DNA of 64,000 nucleotides from Piedraia hortae CBS 480.64 (Eukaryota): NCBI GenBank assembly GCA_010093745.1, contig MU005975.1, positions 124,001 to 188,000 of the forward strand, read 5' to 3'. Shown piece by piece: positions 36,572 to 48,772 of this stretch (position 1 is its first letter; each line of letters starts with the position of its first letter). The notes under the pieces were generated by a model. It saw only the letters and a program-made list of their open reading frames with translations, ran no database searches and was not told where the DNA came from. The position numbers and the translations under genes were made by a program.

Positions 36572-37417
36572 ATGGACAGCCATCACTCCCACTCGGGCCA
36601 GTTTTGCCATCATGCGGTCTCGACGCTGGAAGAGGTCGTTCAACGGGCTATATCCCTGAAGATGAAGACGTTTTGTATGACAGAACACATGCCCAGGGAA
36701 GAACGGGATTTTTATCCAGAGGAAAAGGGCGCAGACTTGGAATTGCTCTTTGATCAATACTACCACGAAGCCAGACGGCTGCAGGAAAAATATGCTGATG
36801 AAATTGATCTGTTCGTCGGCTTCGAGGGCGAATGGATCCGAGACTCGACCCTTGACCGCATCCAGCAGCTGCAGGCCAAGTATGCGTTTGACCTGTTTGT
36901 TGGCAGCGTGCATCACGTCCATACAATCCCCATCGACTACGATGCGGAAACGTACAATGCCGCACGGGAGGGATCCGGCGGCAGCGACTCGCAGCTCTTC
37001 TGCGACTACTTTGACGCGCAGTATTCGATGCTGCAGGCGCTGAAACCTCCTCTGGTCGGTCACTTTGACCTCATTCGTCTCAAAAGCGACCAACCAGACG
37101 AGCCGCTGCACTCTCTGCCGTCTGTATGGCCCAAGGCTGAGCGCAATCTCAGGTACATTGCTGCGTACGGCGGCGTGGTCGAGATCAACTCTGCAGCACT
37201 ACGCAAAGGCCTCAAAGAGGCATATCCTCAAAACGTTGTATGCAGCTTTTTCAAATCCATTGGCGGTCGTTTCGCTCTCTCAGACGACAGCCACGGCGTG
37301 GAACACGTTGCCTCAAATTACAACCAGATACAGAAAATGCTGGCCGAAATTGGAATCACCCCAGACCATCTCGTCCGCCTTGCTCCAAACTCCACTTGGA
37401 TGAAACGAAACCTATAA
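36572..37417 (+). CDS. HIS2: Histidinol-phosphatase (PHP family)
   Basis: SHHSHSGQFCHHA, TEHMPR, GSVHHV, GHFDLIRL and LSDDSHG motifs. Confidence 0.95.
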   Translation: MDSHHSHSGQFCHHAVSTLEEVVQRAISLKMKTFCMTEHMPREERDFYPEEKGADLELLFDQYYHEARRLQEKYADEIDLFVGFEGEWIRDSTLDRIQQLQAKYAFDLFVGSVHHVHTIPIDYDAETYNAAREGSGGSDSQLFCDYFDAQYSMLQALKPPLVGHFDLIRLKSDQPDEPLHSLPSVWPKAERNLRYIAAYGGVVEINSAALRKGLKEAYPQNVVCSFFKSIGGRFALSDDSHGVEHVASNYNQIQKMLAEIGITPDHLVRLAPNSTWMKRNL

Positions 37418-37566
37418 ACTCCGTGTGTAACTGTTTCACCTCAATCATCTTCACACTATGCAAATTCTTCACCACTATCACACTAATATAAAAAGGTTAA
37501 AGTTGGCTTCCCCTCTTTACAACCCTCACAAACCTCACAGACCCTCTTCTCCATTACATCCCAACA

Positions 37567-38230
37567 ATGTCCCCCTCCAAAATCACAAAGAAGCAAATTT
37601 TGCCCGGCAATGGCGTCGACCGTCCCAAAGCGGGCGATACCATTCTGATGGAATACACCGGTAATCTCTACGACCCCAACGCGCCTGACGGGAAGGGCAA
37701 GCAATTCGACACTTCCGTCGGCCGTGGAGACTTTGAGACCCAAATCGGCGTCGGAAGGGTTATCAAAGGCTGGGATGAGGGGGTTTTGACCCTTGATGGC
37801 GGAATGACGCTTGGTGAGAAGGCTACTTTGACGATTCCTGGGTAAGACATCACTGTTTCGTCGTGTGGGCGGGCGGGCGGGCGGGGGAGGGAGAAGAGGG
37901 CCTGTTGATGGCTCGTCGCCATCGCTGCCTCCATCCCTGGGTGTCGATCGTGTTGGCCGCGTTGCTACCTGACCCTCTGCTGCCCTCTTGCTGCCCATGC
38001 CTACCTTTCCTACCCATCCATCCACCCACTCCCCGGCCATCCCGAAATCCTCAGAATCACATCAGATGCTAACAATAACAGAGAATTTGCCTACGGCTCC
38101 CGCGGTTTTCCAGGCCTCATCCCCGCAAACGCGACCCTCATCTTGTAAGCCGCCTATCCACAAGTACTGTAAACCCGCTAACGCAAAAAGTGACGTCCAG
38201 CTAAAGGGGATCAATGGGAAGAAGGTCTAG
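37567..38230 (+). CDS. FPR1: FKBP12 peptidyl-prolyl isomerase; exons 37567-37841, 38082-38144 and 38191-38230
   Basis: FDTSVGRG and GRVIKGWDEG; splicing gives AYGSRGFPGLIPANATLIFDVQL. Confidence 0.95.
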
Positions 38231-40790
38231 AGCTATGAATCAAGTATAACCGAATGCAATGACCCTTTTTCATGTTTCTTAGGACGAGTTCTGCGAGCGA
38301 GTGGCGGGCGGGTTCTGGGAGCAGCAAAGGGCCGTTTTCAGCACAGTAGCTTTTCCTAGCCCTCCTCGTCTTCGTTACGTGCGAAAAACCTACGAATCGT
38401 GTCGACACAGAGTGTGCATCCTGTCTGCGAAGTGCAGGTCAAGACAATGCCTTTGTCCGTCAGCCGACGGCGTTTCGAAAGGCGGAGGGGGAGGCATGCG
38501 ATTACTAAGCCCCCACGCGGGTAGATCCGTAGATCGGTGTGGGGGTTAGGGAAGCAAAGCTTAGCAAACTGCGGGGGACGGGGGGCGGGGCGGGGCGGGG
38601 CGGGGAGGGGAACCCGGCAGGGGGAAATCAGGGCAGCGCGCTGCTTCTGCATCATTGGTCTGCACAGATAGAGGGGGTCCCTCAAGGGGAGGGGATGCGC
38701 AGAGGCTGGGTTGGAAGGTGGTAAGAATAGCTGAGATAACGCGCCGACGTCTAGGGGTGAGATTGTTGAATATTGGCCGTGGGGTGGCAGCTGGTTCTCG
38801 ATCGCTTGGATTCAGCGTCGACTGCCTCGATTCTGGCAAGGATGAACTGTCCGCTGCCGCTGGTGAATGCGATTAGCCTTTTGGGTTGATGGAGGATTCG
38901 TCTGGCCATCGGCTCGTGTAGCAGAAGGGTGTCGCAGACCTTTGTCGCAGCGGTAGTTGCTCGTCGGGCATGAAGCCTCTACTCTGGCCTGCCGTCCGCA
39001 TCCGCTACTCACTCATGTATGCGCTATCCTCCGGGGCGTCAATATCGCGGAAGGCGGAAGACTTTGGTCCAAGCGCGCCGAAAGACACATGTTGCACGCC
39101 ACAGAAGTTACTAGGCAGCAGTAGACCCTTGGAAAGTCATTGTTGGCGCCTTCACGATCACGGAGGAATATGGCTGCAGTAGAATGCCTTTCCATGGCGA
39201 CATCGTAAAGTTCATCACGACTCGGATGCCTACAGCTCTGACGGCCAGATCCCCAAGCTCGACCGGAAGACTGACCAGATCTAGAAAGCTTGGGACTGAA
39301 ACCCAACCAAGATGACGAAGGCTGGCCAGCTGAAGTCCTTGCCCCTTTCCAAGAAAGTCTGGAAGTTCATACAAAGTAGCTTGCATCAAACGCTACGCTA
39401 CAGTGCGACCTGTCAGCCAGCTTCGGGGAGCAGCAAACAATGCAAGTTCCGCCTTGACTCCTTCCCAGCATAGTCCCAGCTGGCCCCGATCACTATGTTC
39501 GACATCTCCTTCAGCTCAGCAACTTTCATATCTGCCCTCTGCCATCGGTGGCAACAATCCGACTTTCCATATCCCATTGAGACCACAATTTTCTGTTGAC
39601 GTATACCCCTCCATCATTCTGTAGTCCGACCGCGAGAAGGCTGTTCAGGACCTGATCAACATACTAATAACAGTCATCGAAATTATCCGAGCCATCCTGC
39701 TTGAAATCCTGCGCTGTCATTGAACCTGCTCATCAAACACATGGTTAACGATACATCTGAGCGAAAGCAGAAAGACCGGATTCAGTGTCAAATGAGCTTG
39801 TTTTACTGGACGAAGCAACACCCGGCGCATTCCAGGGAGGACTGACCGCTTATCTCGTGTGCACGTTCCCGGATTGAATCTCGAGCTGGGCAGGTTCAAG
39901 AGGGCTTCATCATAACCACTTTGACTAGTCTACTTGCCCGCTCTTTTAATGTGCGGGCGAATGCAGCTACCTACACAAGAAGAGAGCGGTTATTCATGCC
40001 AATCGGTGAATGTGATCTTGCCATCGTGCGAAGAAACGGCGAATGCCATGAGGTTTGTTGAAGGGGTAGTGCCATGACTGCGGATCTGATATCGACGGCA
40101 TGAACGGAACGTTCGTCCAGTGAAGAGATGTTCAGTGAGTGTGGAAGCTGTTCGCTACCGGAATCATGACAAAATTGCGGAAGCCGAGACAAACGGAGAC
40201 AGATCAAAATTTTAAGGACACTTTGAACGAAGACTTTACGAGTTCTTTGTCTCTCTGGGCACAATTCCGGCCTCAATATCGTGATCCATCCACGCGCAGG
40301 TTTCTCTGGAATGATGTGGATAGATCGTATGGCATTTGTCTCCTATCTCCTTGCGTATAAATGACAACACAAAGAGTTCAGATCCACCCCAAGGCCCATG
40401 GACACGGCGTTCGGTTCAAACTTCTCGTTCCGCCTCGCCCTCCCGCCCGGGAATCAACGGCTACCTCAACGCGTCGCCAGCGAAACGGCTCACGGTAGTA
40501 CTCACCACCCAACCCAACGAGCGAGTGTTTCACCCTCCTCTCCTTCAAGGACCATTACGTAATCTTCACCAAAAAATCCCAAGAATCAACGTCCTCACAC
40601 AATCAGCGCAGGTTCACATACACAACTTTACTCGCAATCCAACCACCATGAGATGGCTGATATCTTGAGTATTCAAGCAAAGGATCCGCCAGAGGGAGGG
40701 ACTTCTCAGAGCAAACGTCACAAAACCATATAAATCCTAGGTGAGCATCTTGATAAGGGAAGAGCCAGCCAGTGCGGACGCAGCGACCTA

Positions 40791-40879
40791 CCTAGGGCGA
40801 AGCTGGTAGTGTAGGAGGTATCGCTGACTTGCTATGCAGGTGCCCCGCATACGCGCTAGCGGCGATGCTTGAATCCAAC
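40791..40879 (-). mobile_element. Partial family A LTR
   Basis: AGCTGGTAGTGTAGGAGGTATCGCTGAC...GAATCCAAC. Confidence 0.88.
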
Positions 40880-40899
40880 CGGACTCCGTCGCAGAAGGT

Positions 40900-42255
40900 G
40901 CCTCTGTGTGTGGAGATTCAATTACCAAATGATTTGAGGGCAAATTAACCATAGAGATCCATGATGCCAATGTTAACGCAGTTATACCTGACATTGTCAG
41001 TTATATGAAGAAGGCCTGGCGGCTGAATCGGCAGTGGCACCCCAAAGTCACTAAAGCTGGCTGCCAGCGCATGGTCTCAAGTTCCTGGTAGGCGACACGA
41101 TCATGAGTGTCATAATTTTCAAGACAGTCTTCGCTGATTCCCAAGCAATTGTCACGTTTTTCCGCATTTCGGCTCTGCAGCTGAGCAAACTGCGACTGAC
41201 CATGAGGAAGCTAGGGCAGCCGGTCCTTGCCTTTGTGCTGGCTGCCATTACAAGATGGGGCACCCACGTTGCGTTGCTAAGGTCGGTCAAGAAGGCCCAG
41301 ATGGCGTTTCAGGAGTATATCCGAGATCCTACCTTTTGGGACACTGTGACGTACACCACGAAGGCATTTGAGACGTTGAACAAGGCCAGTAAAAAGGCCG
41401 AATGAGACCATTGTATGCTGCGCCATTGTGTTCCGGCGTACGAGGCTGTTCATCGCAACTTCGCGAAGGAGTCGCAGTACTTCGTGTACAGCCATTACGC
41501 GCGACCTGACTGGACTCATTGAGCGCTTCCTCGAGTATGTTAACGAGTATCACATCGCAGCTTTCCTTCTCGACCCCATATGATGTCCCAAGAACCAGTG
41601 GCCCGGCGTTCACGACTGTCTTAAACGAAGTGTCCTGGCGCACAAAGCTGCAGCTCATGCTCAGTTAGCTATCTTTCGACCCTGTGCGACGGTGAGGGAG
41701 TTCAACTCGTATTGAGGATCTGAAAGTCACTTTGCCGATGATTCCGGCGTATGACAGTACAGGGACGACCCTTTGGCTCCACATTAGAGCCGGCAACCAC
41801 GCCCTGACGGAGGTTGCCCAACGCCTGGCTTTTACGCCAGAAAGCTCTGTGCCCTCCGAGCAGGCATTCTCCTTACTCAACCTAATACATAACGATCGTC
41901 GCAACTCACTGTCAACCCCAACGGTTGACAAGCTTCAGACGATCTATATCCATGAACGCGCACTCTCCCCTGACAGGAAGATTGCCAAGGACCGCGAGTG
42001 GAAACGATGGGGGCTCCTAGTCATGGAAAATTCGCTGCGGCTAGAGGGATTTTTGGACGAAGTTACGCCTCTCGTGGAGGCAAACTGTGAGAACTCCGTG
42101 GAAGTCCTCAGCAATGCATAGGTTTTGTTGACATTTGTATCATCAGTAGATGTGACTACAAATGCAAACGTCCAAGATTGTGCTGCGTGTTAATCTATGA
42201 CTTGTAAAGCCATGGTCACGCTAAAATTTGGGGGATCCGGATCTTGTCAACTAGG
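40900..42255 (+). mobile_element. Decayed hAT DNA transposon (transposase fragments)
   Basis: ITRWGT and SSVPSEQAFSLLNLIHNDRRNSL (hAT C-terminal dimerisation motif); possible right end GGATCCGGATCTTGTCAACTAG. Confidence 0.8.
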
Positions 42256-42516
42256 CTAGTGGAGCTGGCCCGTCAGTAGCATTGGAGAGCCCTAGGTTTA
42301 CAGTTCTGGGAATCCCTTAGCTCCGCGTTAAATTCCTCGAACGGGATCGTTGACGCCATCCAGGACCTGTCAGAGTGCTGTCTCATGAAATGTGACTTGG
42401 TTCATGCCTGAGGCGATTAGAAATTTTGCGGGGACATCTCAATTCAACTTGGAGTCAGATTTTCCCACCCATTCGATTGTAACCGTGAAGCAACAATATC
42501 TGATAATCTACCCCAT

Positions 42517-43760
42517 ATGCCAGCTGAATTCCACTTATTGATAATTCGTGCGTTAGGCAATGATCGAGCTTCGCTCCGTACCGTTATTCACCTCTGCATG
42601 TCTTGGGCCGACGACTCCACTGATATCCTCTAGCAACTTGCAGATACTGCCGCATCTCTTAAGATCTCTCTCGACAGACGACAGTTCTACGCCAAAAAAG
42701 GTCAAAACTTGGTCATCCAGGACGGTTCTAGTCTGAGAAACAGTGAGCGCAAAGAGGTTTCGTTTCCTCATGTCAAGCGTCTTGCGCTTCGCTCGCAGGG
42801 ATCTAATTTTTCCCAATTAGCAAGGGAGTGTGGTCAATACTTGCAGTAAGGTGTGGAGACCCTGATCTTGTACGTATGGGAACTTGAAGATCGCGTTCTG
42901 TCGCTAGTCGCCGATCGATGTTGCGAAGTCAAGCATCTTTCCTTGACCCACTGCGATTGGGTCTGGGTCAAGAGCCAGTTGCCAAACTTTCTGGATCAGT
43001 TGAAATAATTGGAAAGTTTGAAAATTCGATTTTCCCATTCGTAGTCCTCTCCCCAGGTATGTCTACCGCAATATCCTTGGCCTGCTGGGATCGAAAAACA
43101 ACTTTCGACACCTTCATATTTTTCTGCAGAAGGATTTTAACTCTCACGACAAAAGACTTGCTCCAGCAAAGTCCCCATTCCCAGATCCTCATGAGTTGGA
43201 GATTGGACTCGACTCTAGCTTGCATTTAACCTTGCACTTATTGGAGCTAGCTTGCAAGACTGAAGTTGAGAGTGGAGGGATCAACGTTCAGTACCGTGTT
43301 TCAGGCGGTTTGCACCATTGGCACTTTTCAACGGCTAACCCTTGGTTTCCTGCGTGGTCAATGTCGCGGACAACACATCATCATCATCATCATCATCAAG
43401 GATCTGGACAAGTTGCGTTATACTGATATCTATGATTGGGATTGGAGGATGAGGACCATACCGAAGAATTCCCTCACGGCCGATTTAGAAGATGACACTT
43501 TCATGGAGACGTTTAATGGATTGCATGCCTTAACAGAGCTGAAATTGACAGTGCACCATCGGTTGACCAGTGCCGCACTGATACATCTAGGCAAGTCTTG
43601 TCCCTTACTGACCTATTGCAGTCTAGTCGGATGCCTTTATTTGCACCATTTGCAAAGGGAAGCCTTGCCCTTTCCTAATTTACGTAGATCCTACATATGG
43701 TTCATAGACGAAGGGTAAGCTTCCCATGCATTTCCATTTCGGACTTGTCTTACACAGATT
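42517..43760 (+). pseudogene. F-box/LRR-like family pseudogene
   Basis: MPAEFHLLIIRALGNDRASLRTVIHLCMSW...DIL* and DRRQFYAKK, later LGKSCPLLTYCSL...FPNL; stops and frameshifts throughout. Confidence 0.7.
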
Positions 43761-44636
43761 CACAAGGTGGAGAATGGCTCTCCGACGCCTCTATCAAGTT
43801 GGAGGCTTGGCCAGGAACAATATAGAAAACTACATTGTCAATTGCCCAAGTTGGAGGAATTCATCTCCGGAATTTCAAAGACTCGATGAGAAAAAGGACA
43901 AAAAGATTGATCAAAAGAGGCGATTTTTTCTCAGTCGGGATGGGTTAGGTGATTTGTCTTTGGTAGCTCTGAGCATTCAGCCGTTGTTGCTTTGACTCTA
44001 GCATCGGACCATGTCCGCTCCAAGCAGGACTTCAATATGGGACTTGGTCAGTCATGAAGAATTTGGTAATCTCGCAAATTGCGTCGATTTCACTTCAGAT
44101 AATTATGATCGAGCGCAGATAGTTTTTAATAACATCGTAGGGTGGACTGCATTACCATTGGCGTGTTTGCCACTGACAAACAGTTCAATGTTGTGAGAAG
44201 TGATTGCTTGTCCTAAGCAATCCCCATGTCAGTTTAGTCGGACTAACACTGAGGTTACAATTCAGGGGCTCACCGACCGCAAGCCTAGACAGAAGGGCAT
44301 TTATGAGGAAACTAATCAGCTGCGGTAAAGGGGAGGCTGGATCGCAAGGCTTACAATTGCCCACTCTCGAAAGGCATTTCGAAGCGGCAGCAGATGACGA
44401 AATATGTCTGCTGCACACAGTTAGCGAGTGGTGCACAGCCCGTTAGTCAGTCAAAGACATCTCTAGAACCATAAATCGGAAAGCGCGAGGTTGTGCAAGA
44501 CTCATCAGCGCTTCAAACTGAGTCCACACCGTAATATCGACTTCTACTGAACTGCAATACGCTCCAGAAAACACGATCCTGAACTGCGCGGGACAGTTCT
44601 AACTTTACACGCATCTCATAAGCAAAACGCAGGAAC

Positions 44637-45942
44637 ATGGCTGACGAATCCACCCCCACACCTGTAATGGACGATGAGCACAAAGGCTTGAAAAACTACC
44701 TTTCCACATTCTCGCATTTCCATCGACAACCGAAGACTTTACACGGCAATGACAACCGCTGGGTCTTCGCGATTCGCCGAACACTCCTCTATCCCAAAGC
44801 AGAGTTTATTTTAGCCATCCATCCGAAAGACAAGCACGCAGTCCTCTTCGGCGGAACGCGCATCTATTTGGAATGGGACGATAATGAACGAGCTTTTGAA
44901 GCCAGTAAACTACTTCTCGAAGCATTTTGCGACCAGTTGGGGGACAATCCAGCGCTACCCAAGGCACGCCCACCTTTGCCAATGGCACCGTGGACATGGG
45001 CGGCAGAGGATCACGTTTTGGGAGAGCAGATGCAGAGTGTACTCTCTTCCCTTCCCATCCCAATTGAACTGAAAACCGTGCACGCCGCAACAGCAGAGGA
45101 GTGCCTGCAGCTGGATAATGCATGGTACAGAATCAGCATGGCTGAAATAGTGGCAAACAGTCGTGGAATGGTGCCCGCTTTATTCTGGCCTTGGACAAAC
45201 CGAGTTTTGTGTGAGCGTTGTAACGAAATGGAGCCATCCGGGGTCACTTTTAAGACATGCTCACGATGCTTGGGCCCCAGGTACTGTAGCAAGAAATGTC
45301 AAACTGATGACTGGCGTGTCCATCATTTCGACTGCGATACAAGGGGAGCTTTAAAGGAGACTCTGCATTACTTTACGTCAAGGGCTTGTAGAAAACCAGA
45401 GGCTCTTACATTAGCGAGAAAGATCAATATCAGGCTTCCCACCTGCTCTGCGGAGTTTAAAGGCTTCTCGTGAGTGTGCATAGTCCGAATAACGAACAGC
45501 ACAACTGATGCTTTGCAGGTTAACCATAAATCGGCTAATAAGGTTCAATCAGGATACTCCAGGAAACTTTGCATTGTTCTTCGGCCCTTTCTGGGACGAA
45601 GCGCTCCAACCATTGAGGGAGAATATCACAATTGCTATCTCATTTGGTACCAGAGAAGGCTCGTTTCGAGCATTGAAAGATTACAAGATGGACCCCAATG
45701 CGCCACTTCGTAAGGAATTCAGGGTGGGTCCCTGGGAGCTGCGAATGGAGAAGAAGTTGGTGGATATGTTTTCGTGCTGCGCGAGCGAGGAGCTTACCTG
45801 GCAGGAGTTCAAGAACATCTTGGCGTTCAATGAGCCCAATTGGGAGAGCGCGCTGAATCTCTATGGTATACTTGGTGATATCATGCACCCAAGTGATATG
45901 CCGACGCTGCCGTGGACTCGCGCTATGATTCCGGACGAGTAG
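44637..45942 (+). CDS. MYND zinc-finger protein; exons 44637-45469 and 45519-45942
   Basis: CERC...CSRCLGPRYCSKKCQTDDWRVHHFDC; intron GTGAGT...CTGAT...CAG joins in frame to DTPGNFALFFG. Confidence 0.88.
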
Positions 45943-46469
45943 TCAAGTTACACAAGGAGGGCTATCAGTATCGTGGGCGCTTTGCGTTGTAGCATTAGAC
46001 AGAAGTTCCAAAAAGCTACCCCTGACAGACCTTGGTGCATAGCTCTACAGTCTGCTTGTAGCATTGCACACAGCTAGGTCCCTATGGCGGGACTCGCAGC
46101 GAGTCCCACCCATGCGTTCAGCCATGATGCAATTGCTGACCTCAGATAATGACTTCTTGTTGCTACAGCGAGGACCTGGCGACCAACGTTAGGGTAAATG
46201 GGCGAAACCTGGGTTGAAAGTGGAGCTTTAGTCATCAGGTACCACCCATGGTGCGTGATGTAGTAAACACGCCCCTCCGTAAGCTCAGTCATAGTGTTCT
46301 CAAAGCTCCTTCTCTTTGAGGTCCATAATCTTCACTTTGTTCAAATACTCATTCCTCTTCTTCACGACTCTTTTTCCATTACATTCCGATCCCCATCTTC
46401 TTGAACCATTATCCGATTCCAAATCCATTATCAGCAAACACACCCCAACCCACCAAATCTCACTCAAAA

Positions 46470-47291
46470 ATGCTTAATCTCCTTTTCCTCAACCTCTTCC
46501 TCGCCCCTCTGGCGATTGCATACGTCGGTGCAATTCGCCTCCCATTCCCCATTCCTCTTCCTCCGGTATGCCCCACACTTATCAGTTTTGACACCTACTC
46601 ACCACCCTCTTAGGCGGAGAACATCCCAACAGAACCGCAGGTTCTATCTGCAGCAAATCAACTCACCCGCTCCCTGCAGCGCAGTTTATCCACCCTCTCC
46701 AAACGCCACTCTGCCCCCAACGCCGACCTCAAGGTACCCTGTCACCCTAACAAGCATCCACCTCAACGCTAACCCCCTCAGGGCTTCTTAACCGAACTCA
46801 CCCCCTATCAATCCTGCCGCGACAATTTTTGGGCCTGCTTTCAACACGACCCTGACGTTTTCTTCCAACTAAGCGTCCACACGGTTGTTGCCAGAATGAT
46901 GAGCCGCGACGACCCGTTCAGTATCCAGGAGGATGATGAAAGTCTTCAAGACTGCCGCCGGGATATTATGTCTTGTGGTATGAATGCGCCTTCAACTTGG
47001 GCGAGGACGATTTTGCATGGGGTTTTTGAGAAGGTTAATGGAACGGAGGCAGAGAGTTATTCGGGGACTGCGAAATTGTTGGTGGAGAGTTGGACGAGGG
47101 GTTTGGTCAGTGGGCGGGTTCCGAGTTGTAGAGGGAGGGATCTGGACGGGTGTCTTGGTGAGGCGATGAGGGAGTTCGTGCAGAGTTCACCGAATCCCTG
47201 GAAGGTTGTTGCATCGTGGGAGAGTGGCGATGAGGATTCTAATGACGACGACGATGATAATGAGGGGGAAATGAAGCTACGGCAGTCGTAA
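46470..47291 (+). CDS. Putative secreted protein, about 241 aa; exons 46470-46565, 46614-46733 and 46782-47291
   Basis: Signal-peptide-like MLNLLFLNLFLAPLAIA; two 48-nt GT-AG introns give one continuous frame; KR site and six cysteines. Confidence 0.75.
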
Positions 47292-48772
47292 GGGTGAGGT
47301 TCTTGCTTTTGAACATGATGGAGAAGCCGACGAACTGCGGATTGAGTGGCGGTGGATTATGCGGCATTAGTAGTTGGGACGTGTTGTATGAAGTTTGGAA
47401 TGAGGCGGTTTTGTTACGAGTTGGCCTTTTTGGTTGATTGATCCTATTGTACGTAATTACTATTCTCAAGGATTCTTGAGTATGAAGAAGGACTGATCAA
47501 TGTGTTGCTTCAACTGAATTATTCCATTCCTTGTCAAGATAAAGCATGTAAGCATTTTTTCTGCCTAGGATCAGACTGGGTGACTATGAATGGAATTTGG
47601 TGGTAATGACGGACTGGAAATTGTGAGGCCATGTTGACCTTGTTGAGGCTCAGTCTGGCATTTATCATTGCCTTTCATGCCAACTTCGTGCGTAAAAGTT
47701 AACCAGCTGGAAATGGTTTTCTCAGCTATTATCTATATCCCATGTGGGCGTTTCATTTATAAAAGTGACGTAAGGGAGATACTGTGCCGTATGCCCTTGT
47801 TTCCATCAGTCGACGCATTCTATCCAAACAGATAGATAGCAGTAGTTTCTGACGAGGCAAATGGGATTGATTTGCCAAGAATCTCTATTCTCATTTAGGC
47901 AAAGGTTGGACTCAACGCAATCGCGACATCTTGTTGTCGCACTCTCAAGCACATTTCTACGCAAGGTACATGTTAATATTTCTGGGGGTCAAGTCTCAAT
48001 GTATTTCAGGTGTCCAGCAACCTCAACTTCTCCAGAGTTTTGGTAGACTGCAGGGAGCAATTATATCGTCTTCCGTGTCTCCTTAATACATGTTCACATT
48101 TACCATGACGTTCGGGGATGGGCCCGGTGGGAAAAGTGTGGGCGCAACATGCTTCAACCGCTGCAAGCTTCGCAAGCTTGTGCAAAATAGGTACATCGGT
48201 GTGGGGTTGATTGATATATATCATTTGGGAACTTTCCACGGGACGATCATAACGCGATGTATATTGATTTGTGATTGAACGACGTAGATTGCTCTGAAGC
48301 TAAATTGGAAGGATGCCACCGGCCGATCAAGGCCTTCCGAGGGGCATGGGAGGTTCAAGTTGAGTGACATAGTGGGAGATGATAGATCGATGTTCCAAGT
48401 GAATTGTACCGGTACATGTTCGAAGCAAACATTCTTGTACAATGATGCAACACCTTAAATGTTCACTTTATCGCCTTTCTTTGCGACATGTGTCTTTTAA
48501 TGGATGACATAGCTGCTACCTCGAATTAGGGCTGATTTTCCGGAGTTCGCGCATGGGAATGCGGCTCGACTGTGGATGGGTTTCTTGAGCGGCAGCTTGC
48601 GTCAACAATGTCACAAGCAGGTGATGTCAATCAAAACTGCTATTACCAAAGTCGACTCATTATCCCTCAATTAGTATGCAGTGTGGATCATCCGTTTAGT
48701 GAACTCCTAAAACGGCAGGCGCGCTAGAATTACTGTAAAACCGAACCCATGCATCGCATCTACATAGCGACA

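Noticed and set aside
38543..38551. Telomerase RNA template (CCCTAACCC on -)
   Set aside because: Only about 300 nt lie between it and FKBP12, far less than known filamentous-fungal telomerase RNAs, and no pseudoknot or CR4/5 is recognisable.
43376..43398. (CAT)n run giving poly-His or poly-Ile in ORFs
   Set aside because: A simple microsatellite inside a pseudogene.
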